This document shows, one piece after another, positions 1 through 14,256 of a DNA stretch of 64,000 nt (position 1 is its first letter; every line of letters begins with the position of its first letter). Origin of the DNA: Eledone cirrhosa (Eukaryota); NCBI GenBank assembly GCA_964016885.1, contig OZ024740.1, positions 40,920,001 to 40,984,000 of the forward strand. Reading direction: 5' to 3'. The translations under genes and the position numbers were made by a program. Under the pieces are notes generated by a model that saw only the letters and a list, made by a program, of their open reading frames with translations, did not search any database and was not told where the DNA came from.

Positions 1-54
1 GGCCTCTACTTCACTGAACTAGCTACTAATACTTCACCTTCTTTCATATTAATC

Positions 55-360
55 GATGGATCTGCATTGGTTCTCATGATCAGGGTTTCAGTTGTTTGGT
101 CAACAGAACAGACTATACATAAAATTTATGTGCAAAGAACTGAGCATTTCATAAACACATATACTCTTAATGTAATTCCCTGAGAGATTCAGTATGGCAA
201 TGGTGGCCTTTTGAATTACTGGAACAGTTCCAAACAGTTTCTGCCGATGCAATTTCACTCACAAGGTATGGGTTAACACATGGCTATGGTAAATGCCACT
301 TGCCCAAGATGCCATGCAATGGGATCAAACCTGGGACCTAATGATTGTGAAGTGAACCAT
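55..360 (-). mobile_element. Degenerate tRNA-derived SINE (octopus OK-like head plus body)
   Basis: Reverse complement of the head motif (ttcactcacaagg...cacttgcccaagatgccatgcaatgggatcaaacc); body resembles the plus-strand copy at 59350-59680. Confidence 0.55.
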
Positions 361-926
361 TCAGCTATACTATGTCTATACCTACCCCTAGAAGCCTCTG
401 GTATATACATCTCTCCTCTTAGCAACCTTATTCTGACACTCCTTTAAAATAAATGCAGAAATGAACTGCAAAACCAAAATTCTAATATATTGTATAGAGT
501 GACTTGGCTGTAAAGAGGATTTCATTAGTCAAACCAGTAACTTTGTGTGAAAGAGTTGGTGTACACAAACAACAGATAAAACCAGAACTAAAGAAAATCC
601 CACTAAATGAACATTAAAAAAATTGCAGGAACAATAAATTCAAAATATTCCCTTTTTATAAATGTTCAAGGGATAATCCAAAGTACTGACTAGAAATGGA
701 AAAATATTTCATAAAAAGATTCATTCCTTGACTTAGCCATAACATTTTTACTTAAAGTGATGTAAAACTATATATAGTGAACTTACAATTTAATTACATT
801 TTTAATAACAACTAAATTTATATCTTGATAAGTCATGAGAACGATGAAAGGGCTAGATTCAAATTATAAATGTTTTATTGTTATATTTTTGACCCAATTG
901 ATAAATATACTTTATTGATATTAAGC

Positions 927-1550
<624 letters not shown>

Positions 1551-1674
1551 CTAAAAAAATAGTACAACTTTCTATAATTTTTAACAAATATGTTTCTTGT
1601 TGAATTAGACATTGACTAAAATGCCTTCAGTCAGTTTGGCTTTTGATCAATTTCGACAAATATGTACAATCTGC

Positions 1675-1975
1675 AAAGTGGTTGGCATTAGGGAATGCAT
1701 CCAGTTGTAGAAACCAAACCAAGAGAGTAAAGAAGACTCTTCAGTTATGTCAAGTACATGACAACCTCTCTAGTGCTGATGCCACAATAAAATGCACCCA
1801 GTATATTCTATAAAGTGTTTGATGTTAAGAAGGGAATCCAGCTGTGGAAGTCATGCCAAAATGGAATGTATCTGGTTCCTTGACACATCTATGAGGACAG
1901 TAGCTCTGATTAAGTACTGACTTGGTCTAACAATTTGTCAAATGGTATGAGAAAACAGACATAAAATGATGATAT
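1675..1975 (+). mobile_element. RTE 3'UTR-derived repeat
   Basis: Two copies of aaagtggttggc(a)ttagg(a)agggcatccagctgtagaa and a gacataaaatgatgat tail, shared with the RTE tails at 5820 and 13630-14009. Confidence 0.6.
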
Positions 1976-2014
1976 TTTCAATGAGTGTGCCTAATCCCAA
2001 TAAAATATATATAA

Positions 2015-2975
2015 TATGGCTCCGATGTGAGCAGGGTATGCCGCACCCAAATGGCCAGATCTTCCTCATAACGGTGCCACCCAGATCCACACTATAAAGG
2101 GCATCCAGCAACTGTAAAAATCTAGCCCAAACACAGCCCCACTATGAGCAAGGCATGGCTTGGTCAACTGGCCAGACCTCCCTCATAATGGGATCACCCA
2201 GCTCCCAAAATACAGTCACGATAAGTGGAAGGTATGGCGTGGTCATCTGGTCAGACTTATCTTATAACAGGACTATGAAGTAACACGGCCAACTACAAGC
2301 AAGACATGGTGCAGCCAACTGGCCAGACCTTCCTCATAATGGGTCCACCCAGCCACAAATTATGGTTCTGTTGTGAGCACTGTCCTGATATGCGCAACAT
2401 ATGGCGTGGCCATTTGGCCAGATTTGTCTTATAACAGGATCACACAGCCCCATTATGAGCAAGGCATGGTGTGGCCAATTAGCCAGGCTTTCCTCATAAT
2501 GAGACTACCCAGATCCCGAAATACAGTCCCGCTAGCCAACACAGTCCTGATAAGTGCAAGGTATGGCACGGCCAGACTTCTCTTATAACAGGACCACCCA
2601 GTCACACAGCCCCACTACAAGCAAGTCATGACACAGACAATTGGCCAGACCTTTTTCATAATGGGTCATCCAGTCCACATATGGTTCCGTTGTGAGCAGT
2701 GTCTTGACATGTGCATGGTACAATGTGGCCAACTGGCCAGACCTCTCTCATAATGGGACCACCCAGCTTCAAAATTATGGTTCTGATGTGAGCAGGGTAT
2801 AGCGCAGCCAACTGGCCAGACTCTCCTCAATTGTGCCATTCAGTTCCACATTGTAAATATAGTTGGTGTTAGGAAGGGCATCCAGCTGTAAAAGTACCAG
2901 CCAAAATACAGTTCTGTCAGAGCAAAGTACAGTGCAGCCAGCTGTCCAGACTTGTCTCATGATGTGGATGATCAC
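2015..2975 (+). repeat. Degenerate ~60-70 bp tandem array derived from RTE-tail sequence
   Basis: About 12 recurring units gagcaaggcatgg...caactggccagacc(t)tcctcataatggga-cacccag, interleaved with the agggcatccagctgtaaaa motif. Confidence 0.65.
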
Positions 2976-2999
2976 ATCTTGCTTGTATGCTCTGTTTTT

Positions 3000-3590
3000 T
3001 AGGGCTGGGTGACCTTCCTAACCCCAATGACATTACAGTGTGAAATGGGAGTATTTTATTGCGATTCTGGTAATACCACTTTATAAGGTGGACTGGGTGC
3101 TGTTTCATTGTGTCACCAGCACAACCATCTACAGGGTGAACTGGGTGCTTTTTGTTGTGTCATCAACACAACCACCTTACAGGGTAGACTAGGTGCTTTT
3201 TGTCGTGTCACCAGCATGACGACCATTATAGGATGGACTGGGTAATTTTTGTAATGTCACCAGCATAGCCACCTTATAGCATAGACTGAGTGTCTTTTGT
3301 TGTCATCAGCATGGCCACCATGCAAGGTGGACAAGTAGTTTTTGTTGTGGTGGCAGCACTGTAGGAGAGCAGGTGTGGAGCATGTCCAGTTTTCCATGCT
3401 TGTATGCATGGGTTGGGCAGGGGCTGTGCAAGGGGAGAGGGTGGTGGTGAAAGGACCATGCAGGCTGGGGATGGTTGAGTATTATGATGTGGGAAGGTAT
3501 GTGTGGGTTTGGGAGGGGGTAGATTGATGTAGCCGTGTGTCCTCCAGATGTTTGCTTCATCCTGTGCACATGGGAAGGTGGGTCTTTTGC
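3000..3590 (-). repeat. Reverse-strand RTE 3'UTR with ~48 bp tandem units
   Basis: Units agggtg(g/a)actgggtgctttttgt(t/c)gtgtcaccagca..accacctta are the reverse complement of the aaaagcacccag units at 5740-5830. Confidence 0.6.
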
Positions 3591-4096
3591 AGTACAATAT
3601 AAACCTAATTTATCTGAGTCTATGACGTTTATGGTGAGATTTTAATCTCAACCTTAATCTCAATGAAATGCTAAAAATATTTATGACTGCTAACTTGGTA
3701 TACATTTCAGTGATTCTGACATTATGTTGTTAATACTGTCATGAATAGATTATATTGAACGTGTAAATGAATATTTTTAGTAATCCCACAAAGATATGTG
3801 TGTGTGGTGGGGGATTAGTTTGGAAAATATAAAAAAAAAATGCAAAAAACCTCCCACAAAAAATAATGGCCTTTTGAGCAGACACAATTTGTGGAGAAAT
3901 GGGATATTTTGGTATTTATACATTATTAACAGCAACTATTACAGTATTAACAGCAAAGCTGTCAGTCAAGTGAAACTAATAACAAAAGAGTTCTTTAGTA
4001 ATTTCTTACACATGCATATACATATGGATATCTTCCCCAACACTTGTGTACATAGTCACATACAGGCAGACACACAGACAGATATATATATAGATA

Positions 4097-5862
4097 TATC
4101 TGGGTCTGATAGAGGCATCTGGGTCTGTAGGTCACACTATAACCACACGTATTGTTAACCAGGTAATACTAGAAGGTATCATACCAAAACATTGGTGCAG
4201 TAGCATCATTGTCAACTGCTACAAAGGTAAAGGTGATGCACTAGATAGAGGAAACTATAGAGGTATAAAGCTGATGGACCAGGTCATGAAAGTAACAGAA
4301 AGAGTTATAGCACAGTTGATTAGGGACCGGGTGAAAATAGATGAGATGCAATTTGGGTTTGTACCAGGAAGAGGCACCACTGATGCCCTCTTCCTTGTGA
4401 GGCAGTTACAGGAAAAGTACCTAGCTAAAAGTAAACCACTCTACCTGGCATTTGTCGATCTCGAGAAAGCCTTTGACAGAGTTCCACGTGCTGTAATCTG
4501 GTGGGCTCTTAGAAAACTAGGAGTAGATGAATGGCTTGTGAAAGCTGTACAAGCCATGTATAGGGGAGCAGTCAGCAAAGTTAGGATTAGCAATGAGTAT
4601 AGCGAGGAATTTAGCGTACAGGTTGGTGTCCATCAGGGTTCTGTTCTTAGCCCTCTCCTGTTCAACATAGTCCTACAGCAATAATGGAGGAGTTTAAGAC
4701 CGGATGCCCATGGGAACTCCTGTATGCTGATGACCTCGCACTTATAGCTGAATCTATGGTAGAACTAGAGAAGAAATTCCAAACTTGGAAGCAGGGACTA
4801 GAAAGAAAGGGTCTTAAAGTCAACATGACAAAGACTAAGGTCCTTGTAAGTAGATGAGAAAACAGAACCTAGATCCCCTCAGGGAAATGGCCTTGCTCAG
4901 TATGTAGGAAAGGTGTAGGTAGGAACTCCATTCTCTGCCCCAAATGCAAACAATGGGTACACAAGAGATGTAGCGGGATCTCAGGAAGCTTAATTAAGAA
5001 TGTAGGCTTCACATGCAGCAGCTGTGCTGGGACAGCAAGCAGCAAACAGCTACAGGAAACAAGTACCACCAATCTCTGGGAGGACTCTGTAGAAACAGTA
5101 GACAGCTTCTGCTACCTAGGTGACCGAATTAGCAGTGGAGGTGGGTGTTCAGAAAGTACAATAACTAGGGTAAGAACGGGATGGAAGAAGTTCAGGGAAC
5201 TACTGCCACTGCTAGCTGCAAAAGGCTTCTCCCTCAAAATGAAAGGCAGACTGTATAATGCGTGTATCTGAACAGCAATGTTGCATGGTAGTGAGACCTG
5301 GGCGCTGAAGGTGGAAGACTTACGTAGGTTAGAAAGAAACGAAGCCTGCATGCTCCGATGGTCGTGTAATAGTAATATATGCGAACGACAAAGCATAAAT
5401 GAATTGAGAGAGAGACTGAGCATAAGAGGAATCAAATGCTGTGTGCAGGAGAGGCGGTTGCGTTGGTATAGACATGTGATGCGTATGAAGGATGACAGCT
5501 GCATAAAAAGGTGTAGAGCACTAGAAGTCAATGGAAACCTAGGAGTGGGGAGACCCAAGAAGACCTGGGATGAGGTGATAAAAGCCGACCTTACCCAATT
5601 ACACCTCTCAAAGGCGATGACACACGACCGTGATCTCTGGCGTCACGCAGTAATACAGAGTACCCGACCTCCCATGGGTACAAGCTGAAGCATATAGACA
5701 ATATGCCCCCACACCCTCCCTCTGCAAGGTGGTCGTGGAGGTGCCACGGCAAAAAAGCACCCAGCCCACACTGTAAAGTGGACGTGTAGGCGCCACGGAA
5801 AAAGCACCCAGCACTCACTGTAAATGAGGTTGGTGTTAGGAAGGGCATCCAGCTGTAGAAAT
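4097..5862 (+). mobile_element. 5'-truncated RTE LINE (RT, PHD finger, C-terminus, 3'UTR), disrupted
   Basis: QFGF, AFVDLEKAFD, GVHQGSVLSPLLF, YADD and RLRWY motifs; frameshift near 4680, stops near 4855 and 5269; RTE-type 3'UTR. Confidence 0.92.
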
Positions 5863-6209
5863 CATTATGATACTACTGCACATCTAGATTCTAGATGGTT
5901 GTCTCTGGTCTTGAACAAAGACTCAGAGACTCACTCACCTACACATACATCTACTCTCACACACACACCTAAACACACACATACACATATACTCACACCT
6001 ACACACAATATTGATTCATTTTTTTTATAGATGTATATTTAAGAGATAATCAGAGCACATCGTAATATCCTCCACCTGTGAAAAAACAACAAAGAAAAGA
6101 AACCCAATTCTTTATTACCTTATCTCGGACACATCATTTATGTAGAATATATAATTTAACATTTTACTATTACTGTGTATTCTAGGTACATTTTGTTTTA
6201 TCTAATTAT

Positions 6210-6700
6210 GTCAAAGTCTGAAATTTACTAGTAGTTTGGTTGACCTCTTTGATAAGCTGGTTAGATGAATCCTGAATTTCAAGAGTACTGAGATGTTCTT
6301 ATGTCCTTCACAGTCTTCAATCCTACTTGATATCATTCTAAATATGATATGGCTCCCTCTATACAAGTCAAAAGTTTTTTTGCTTACCCCAAGCAAGGCA
6401 ATAAAACCACTAAAATGCAAGGGGTTACTGAAAAGGGAGGACAAAGCAGAGAACATAATTCAAGGAGAGGAGATGACGACTGATGTTACTTTAAAAGTTT
6501 TGCAAATTGTAGTGGTCAGGAAAGCAAAAAGCTGGAAGAGACATTCATAGGTGAGATGTGTGAGGGAAGAAACTATCAGAATAGAATTTGCAATTACATT
6601 TAAGAATTTCAACTGTAAATGGATGAGACCTAGCCACCAATCTGGTGCTCAGTTTAAACTCATGAAGATGAGGCAACAAAGAGGAAAGCTCATACAGTTT
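6210..6700 (-). mobile_element. Old CR1/L2-group LINE fragments (ORF2 C-terminus)
   Basis: Minus-strand ELSSLLP..STRLVARSHPFTVEILKC..FYSDSFFPHTSHL followed by a SLP..FPDHYNLQNFK-like tail. Confidence 0.55.
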
Positions 6701-6940
6701 TTTTAAATCAGATATTTGGAATGGTTTCAGCGTTTTCATTGAATGATTCTTTGTAATTTTATAAACTGATGAAATTATATAAATCTCTCTTTTCTGCACT
6801 GGGTCTTCCAACAGATGGAATTGCTCAATCTCTGTGATTTCAAGTAACCTAAGGCATTTTTTGTATTTTTACATTACTCAACCAGCTAGAACTGGTTTGT
6901 TACTTTAATGTATACAGCATGTTCTCAGATATATTATAAA

Positions 6941-7386
6941 CAGAAGGGTCTCAAATATGAAATATATATAGCAGAGTCTCATATATACCATACATATATA
7001 GAAGAGTCTCACATATATTATATACACAGAAGGGCCTCGTATATATATAAACACTGAAGGGTCTCATATATATATTATATATACAGAAGGGTCTCATATA
7101 TATATTATATATACAGAAGGGTCTCATATATATATCATATATATATATAGAGGGGTCTCACATATATAATATACTAGCTGGCCCGTCCAGCTGGCGCCCG
7201 GCTAGGTATACCGGGATTTTATCTTTTCAGGAATCCCCCCTACACTCCAGTGCAAAGATACTGCATGCCCTCTTAAGTCAGCAAGGGAGGGGGGGGGGTT
7301 AACGTGCTCTGATGTTGGGTTTGAATAGTTTTTAGGATTCCACAGTTCAGTAGAGGGTCTCATATATATTATATATACAGAAGGGT
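6941..7386 (+). repeat. ~31 bp minisatellite (gaagggtctcatatatatattatatataca), resuming at 8596-8636
   Basis: About 8 visible units, interrupted by a Helitron-like fragment and an RTE insertion. Confidence 0.85.
7174..7350 (-). mobile_element. Helitron-like 3' end fragment
   Basis: Minus strand ends in a GC-rich hairpin cccgggcgccagctggacggg followed by CTAG|T. Confidence 0.5.
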
Positions 7387-8566
7387 GTTGAGGAATGGCT
7401 TGTGAGGACAGTGCAAACTTTGTACAGAGGTACTCTCAGTAAAGTCAGGGTAGGAATGGAGTTTAGTGAGGAATTCCAGATACAAGTAGGAGTACATCAG
7501 GGTTTGGTCCTCAGCCCGCTCTTGTTCATTATAGTCCTCCAAGCCATAACAGAGGAGTTTAAGACTGGCTGTCCATGGGAACTTCTCTATGCTGACGATC
7601 TGGCTCTTATAGCAGAATCAGTAGAGGAGCTAGAGAATAGATTCTGGCTATGGAAACAGCAGTTGGAAGCAAGAGGACTGAGAGTAAATCTAGCTAAGAC
7701 AAAAGTGTTGATGAGTAGAAAAGAGGACAAAACCCTGATTCCGTCAGGGAAATGGCCATGTTCGATATGCAGAAAAGGAACTGGCATAAATTCTATAAAA
7801 TGCACACAATGCAGGTCCTGGGTACACAAGAGATGTAGCGGGATAGCAGGCAAACTAACAGGTAGGGAGAAATATGTATGCAGTAGATGTACAGGGAAAT
7901 TAGACAGTAGAAGTCGCACTGATAGACACATTTTTCAAATGCGAGAGGGCGCTATAGAAGTGGTGGATAGCTTCCGGTACCTAGGAGATCAGATTAGCAT
8001 GGGAGGAGGGTGTTCCGAGGCCATAGTATCTAGAATAAGGACGGGTTGGAAGAAGTTTAGGGATCTGCTTCCTCTGTTGACGAAGAAGGGTTTCTCCCTG
8101 CGTACGAAAGGCCGGTTGTATGATGCCTGTGTGAGGAGCGCGATGCTGCATGGTAGTGAGACATGGGCAGCAACCGCAGAGGATATGCGACGGCTGGAGA
8201 GAAATGAGGCAAGCATGCTCCGTTGGATGTGCAGTGTAAATGTGCGTGAACGACCCAGCATAAATGTGTTGAGAGAGAAACTGTGTCTGAGAGGGATAGA
8301 ATGTAGTGTACGGGAGAGGAGACTGAGGTGGTATGGACATGTGATGCGCATGGAGGATGACCGATGGGTGAAGAAGTGCCAGGAAATGCCAGTTGAAGGA
8401 AGACGTGGTAGAGGTAGACCACGAAAAACATGGGCGGAGGTGGTGAGAACAGACCTCAGATCATTGAAGCTCACGGTGGAGATGACGAGGGACCGTGACG
8501 AGTGGAGAGATGCTGTGCTGAATAAGACCCGTCCCACCCTTGCAAGCAGGGAAAAGCGGACGTAAA

Positions 8567-8595
<29 letters not shown>
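7387..8595 (+). mobile_element. Young 5'-truncated RTE LINE with an uninterrupted ORF and (GAT)n tail
   Basis: ORF 7402-8565 with QG..LSP, YADD, PHD finger and RLRWYGHV; (GAT)n tail; GAAGGGT duplicated at 7380-7386 and 8596-8602. Confidence 0.95.
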
Positions 8596-8598
<3 letters not shown>

Positions 8599-8649
8599 GG
8601 GTCTTGTATACATTACATATAAAGAAGGGTCTCACATGGAGATGAGAAC

Positions 8650-9070
8650 ATTGAGTGCCACCGGAATTGGGAGGTGTAGTGATGGATAAAATACCTAAGG
8701 AGTGATAGTGGAGGGGGGCATGGGTGTTGTGCAGAGAGTAGCTACTAGGCTATGGTTGTGAAGTTATCTAAGGGTTTTAGTGGGGGAGGGAAAAGGCAGC
8801 AACTAAGGGATGAATATAGGAGTGGGCATGTAGTAATGGTGAGGATAGCTGCTAGGGGTGCTAGTGGAGGAAGCATGGTGGGGTGCATAAGAAGAAGAGT
8901 GACTACTAGAATACAATAGTGAGGAAGTCAATAGGCTTTTGAGGGGAAGCAGCTAAGGAGTAAGTGCTGGGGAGAGCATGGGGTGTGTGTGTGGAAGGGT
9001 GGTATAGTGATGCTGAGAACAATTGTTAGAGTGCTAGTGGAAATGGGGGGCGGGGGCATGGGGATAAGTC
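8650..9070 (+). repeat. Degenerate purine-rich tandem repeat
   Basis: Recurring gct(a/g)ctagg..gtg(c/a)tagtggaggg..gcatggg units. Confidence 0.45.
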
Positions 9071-9711
9071 AGGACACATTGTATGCTGTAGGCCAGGGAT
9101 TCATAATTTCTGTTGTGGGGTTTAGTTTTTTTTAAGATCAGTCTTCACAACCTCACCCTATCTCTTCCTGGATCTGCCTCTTCCATGGGTTCCAGCCACT
9201 GGGGTTTCTCTGCATTTCTTTAGGCAGCTGTTATCTTCCATGCACATCTATTAATTTACATTATTCTACACCACAATAACTCCCACCTATCTTCCCATTA
9301 CAAACCAAAAAAGCTGCTAGGAAATTATTCAAAGTCACTATTTTGTAGCATATCAGAATAAAACAACAAAAATGAGAGCATTGAATAGATATTAGATACT
9401 AGAAGCATCTCATTTATTAAAATAGAGAATACGACTGATACGGCACGATAAATATAATCAAAATTTTAAAACAAGACTAAAACATTCAAGTTGTTCATTA
9501 GATTATATCACGTAGGCTAATTTTTCATTATTTGACATTTATTGTTTGGAGGGAGGGGGTTCGCATTAGCAGCTATGAAATGTCACTTGGTTGTCAATGT
9601 CACTAGGAACCACTGTTCATTAATGAGGTTTAATATGACTGAAACATACCAAAAAGATTGCCACTGTATTGCTAAATAGCAGACTTACTTTTCACTGCTA
9701 TCTATTCTTAA

Positions 9712-9925
9712 CCCTTTAGTATTTAAACTGGCCATATCCGGCCAGAATTCTCTCACCTCTTTCTGTTCAAACCGGACATAACTGGCCACTCATATTGATG
9801 TTAAGGTATTGTTCTCAAAATAAACAACATCATAATCTCATAGATTCGATATTATGTGAGATAATTATATGAGGTAAAGCCTTTACTGGGGAAATTCAAT
9901 AGTAAATATAGAGTAATGTAAATGT
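9712..9925 (+). mobile_element. piggyBac-like non-autonomous transposon end
   Basis: TTAA (9708-9711) followed by CCCTTTAGTATTTAAACTGGCC; inverted homolog at 927-1121. Confidence 0.65.
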
Positions 9926-10187
9926 CAAAGAGTAAATTCTATTGAAATTCAGAGGGTTGTTTCCTTTATTTCACTTGACAAGAGTTAGCCTTAACATAAT
10001 ACTTGATCCTTCACCCTATAGATGTATTTTTCTTGCCAGGCTATATTGCATTCATGCCTGTTTTCACTGGAAATAACTTTTCTTCTGACATAATTTCCTA
10101 ATTCACTGGAATATATAAAGAAATGCCAAACATTTCTCATATATGAATAAACTATAGCAAAAAAAAAAAAAAATCATTTCGGCATAA

Positions 10188-10219
<32 letters not shown>

Positions 10220-10247
10220 ATATATATCCGGTCAGTTTTTTATCTTC

Positions 10248-10278
<31 letters not shown>

Positions 10279-10280
10279 TT

Positions 10281-13200
10281 TGTTGTGGCCGCGGATGGCC
10301 AACATAACCCCAACCCCATCCCCCTCACCCCTCCCTGCGCCCCACCCACCAAACGCAATCCAAAACTTCAGAGTTGGTACCATAAATGTAGGCACCTTAA
10401 AAGGCCGCTCTAACGAGGTTGTAGAAATGCTTGAACGTAAGGAGGTTGATGTTTGCTGTATCCAAGAGACCAGGTGGAGGGGCGGGTCTGCTAGATTCAT
10501 TGTGGGTAAAAAAACGATGCTATAAGCTTTTCTGGGTGGGAAATGACAATGGGCTGGGTGGGGTAGGAATCATGTTAGCAGAAAAATGGGTGGATAAGAT
10601 AATAGACGTAAATAGAGTGAATGACAGAATAATTAAAATAAGACTTGTTCTAAATAGAACTACTGTGACAGTAATATCTGCGTACGTGCCCCAATCCGGA
10701 CTGCCTGGCGCTATAAAAGACAGATTCTATGAGACACTGATGCTCACTACTGCCCAAATAACCGACAGTGATTATATAATTATTGCTGGCGACCTAAATG
10801 GTCACGTTGGACAACATTGTGACGGCTATGACGGAATCCACGGAGGCTATGGGTTTGGTACTAGAAATGAGGAAGGCTCCAAAATCCTGGAATTCTGTGA
10901 CGCAAATAACCTAACTATCTGTAACACTAACTTCAAAAAACGAGACAATCACTTGATCACCTACAGATCAGGGGAACATACCAGCCAGGTAGATTATATC
11001 CTTACCAGAAGACGTGACAGAGTGTCTGTTGTAAACACTAAATCCCTCCCCCATGAAGAATGCACCTCCCAACATAGACTGATAATTAGTGACCTCATAG
11101 TCAGGACGAGACGTACTCGATAGCAGAAGAGGACTATCCTCAGGAGAAAAATATGGAAGCTAAAGGACCCCACAGCCAGAAATAAATTTAAAAGCATATT
11201 ACTTGATGCTTTCGACAGTAAGGAAGAGCATTTAGAGTCGTACAATATAGAGGAACAGTGGGAATTCCTGAAAGCAAACCTGCTGATGGCGGCAGACGAA
11301 GTCTGTGGCTGGAGCAGGCCTATAGGCAGGAGGAGAGTAACATGGTGGTGGAACAGTAAGGTGGAGGAGTCAATTAAGGCCAAAAAGCAGGCTTGGAAAG
11401 TATGGCGGGATGGGGGAAGTAGAGAAGACTATCAAGTGGCCAGGAGGGAAGCTAGGAGACAAGTGTACTTCGCAAGAAGGGAAGCAGAGGAAAGAAAGTT
11501 CAAGCATGTTCTACAACGCGAGGACCAAAAACGTGAGGTGTTCAGGATTGCTAGGCAATGTGTCAAGGAAAACCGTGATATTGTTGGGGAGAAGTGTGTA
11601 CTTAATGATGATGGTGTACTTGCCATCACTGACGCTGATAAGAAGGTAGCTTGGAAGTGTCACTATGAAAGGCTACTAAATGAAGAGAATAAATGGGAGA
11701 AAGACAGTCTCCCCCACATCAACCCAATAGAGGGACCAGCAGTGTTAGTCGAAGGTAGTATAATAAGTAAGGCAATCAAAGATATGAAGACGGGTAAGGC
11801 GGCTGGGCCTTCGGAAATAGTTGCTGAAATGCTGAAAGCTTCTGGAACGGTGGGACACACCATGGTCACCTGGATAGTAAACCAAGTCATACAGAATGGG
11901 GTTGTTCCGAAGGACTGGCATAGCAGCATCATCATTAACTGCTACAAGGGTAAAGGAGATGCCCTAGATAGGAGTAACTATAGAGGCATTAAATTAATCG
12001 ACCAGGTCATGAAGGTCACAGAAAAAGTAATAGCGCAACTAATCAGAGAGAGAATTGATCTAGATGAAATGCAGTTCGGGTTTGTGTCAGGCAAAAGTAC
12101 CACAGACGCTCTTTTCATTGTACGACAAGTACAGGAGAAGTACCTAGCTAAAAGTAAACCCCTATACTTAGCTTTTGTCGACTTGGAGAAAGCCTTTGAC
12201 AGAGTCACCCGCTCCATTATTTGGTGGGCTCTTAGAAAACTAGGTGTTGATGAATGGCTTGTGAGAGCTATACAAGCCATGTATAAAGAAACAGTCAGCA
12301 AGGTTAGAATTAACAACGAATATAGTGAAGAGTTTAGCGTAAAAGTTGGTGTTCATCAGGGCTCCGTTCTTAGCCCCCTACTATTTATTATTGCCCTTCA
12401 GGCTATAACAGTGGAGTTCAAGACCGGCTGCCCATGGGAACTCCTATACGCAGATGATCTAACGCTCATAGCTGAATCAATGGCCGAACTAGAGAAGAAA
12501 TTCCAAACATGGAAGCATGGCCTAGAATCAAAAGGCCTTAAAATTAACCTGTCTAAGACTAAAGTTCTAGTTTGTAGGAAGGAAAATAGGGCGCCGGTCC
12601 CATCCGGGAAATGGCCATGCTCAGTGTGTAGGAAAGGAGTAGGTAGAAACTCCATTTTATGTCCCAAATGCAAAGTATGGGTGCATAAAAGATGTAGTGG
12701 GATCACAGGTAAGCTAACTAAGAACATAGATTTTATATGTAGCCGGTGCTCTGGTGCAATAAGTAGCAGCAAGTGCCCACAGAATACTAGCTCATTCCAT
12801 TGCACAGATGGTTCTATAGAAATAATGGACAGCTTCCGTTACCTGGGTGACAAAATAAGCAGTGGTGGAGGGTGCTCTGAAAGTACAGTAGCTAGAGTCA
12901 GAACTGGATGGAAAAAGTTCAGAGAGCTTATACCACTATTAGCCGCTAAAGGGTTCTCCCTAAAAATGAAAGGCAGGCTGTATGATGCCTGCATACGAAC
13001 AGCAATGTTGCATAGCAGTGAGACCTGGGCATTGTGTGCAGAGGATATACGCAGACTGGAGAGGAACGAAGCTTGCATGCTCCGCTGGATGTGTAATAGT
13101 AATATACGTGAACGGCAAAGCATAAACGAACTAAGGGAGAAATTAGGAATAAGAGGGATCAGATGTTGTTTACTCGAGAGAAGACTACGTTGGTATGGTC

Positions 13201-14009
13201 ACGTGATGCGCATGAAAGACGACAGCTGTATAAAAAAGTGCAGGGCAATAAAAATAAACGGTAGCCATGGAGTAGGCAGACCCAGAAAAACCTGGGACGA
13301 CTTGATAAATTCCGACCTCACACACTTACACATCTCCTAGACAGTGTCACTGGACCGAGATCTTTGGTGCTACATAGTAATAGAGAAGACCTGCCTTGCC
13401 TAAGTACAAAGCGAAACCTACAGTCAGTAGGCACCTCTAACAAAATACACCCCCGTCCCACTACCCCCACCCCATCCACACCACCCCTTTCAATGTAAAG
13501 TTATGTTGGTACCACAACATCCAGTCCTAAACAAATGAGGTCGTGTAGGTGTCACGACAAAAAAACACACAGTCCACGCTGTAATGTGGCCATGTAGGTA
13601 ACACGGTAAAAACCTCCCAGTTCCACACTGTAAATGTGGTTGGTGTTAGGAAGGGCATCCAGCCGTAGAAAACCCGCCAGACAGTCCACGCTGTAATGTG
13701 GCCGTGTAGGTAACATGGTAAAAACCTCCCAGTTCCACACTGTAAATGTGGTTGGTGTTAGGAAGGGCATCCAGCCGTAGAAAACCCGCCAGACAGTCCA
13801 CGCTGTAATGTGGCCGTGTAGGTAACATGGTAAAAACCTCCCAGTTCCACACTGTAAATGTGGTTGGTGTTAGGAAGGGCATCCAGCCGTAGAAAACCTG
13901 CCAGACAGTCCTATGCGAGCAAGACAACCTATCTTGCCTCAAGTGGGAAAACTCCCGTCCAAACCCATGCAAGCGTGGAAGATGGACGTTAAACGATGAT
14001 GATGATGAT
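10281..14009 (+). mobile_element. Near full-length RTE LINE (APE endonuclease, RT, PHD), inactivated
   Basis: APE motifs TINVGTL, IQETRW, GDLNGHVG, SQVDYIL, SQHRL; RT ORF 11286-13340; frameshift in the A-run near 10510, stops at 11121 and 13338; 3'UTR ends gacgttaaac(gat)n. Confidence 0.97.
13569..13910 (+). repeat. Three near-identical 112-bp tandem units in the RTE 3'UTR
   Basis: acagtccacgctgtaatgtggcc starts at 13569, 13681 and 13793. Confidence 0.95.
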
Positions 14010-14078
14010 ATATGTGTTAGGTAATTCCGAAGAAAAAGTAAAGGAAAAAGAGTGCTCTATGTATAGAACAGAGCTATT

Positions 14079-14256
14079 TAATTAGAAAGTGAACAACACA
14101 AAATATAACTACTCCATTACCAAAGGTTTCATGACCCTAGACAATAATATACGCCTAGATTGTTCATCAGACGAACCATCTAGACATATATTAATATTAT
14201 CTAGGGTCCTGAAACCTTTGGTAATGGAGTAGCTATATATTGTGTTGTTCACTTTC

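Noticed and set aside
2015-2830. Repeat-spacer-like pattern
   Set aside because: The variable parts are diverged copies of one unit, so this is a decayed tandem array.
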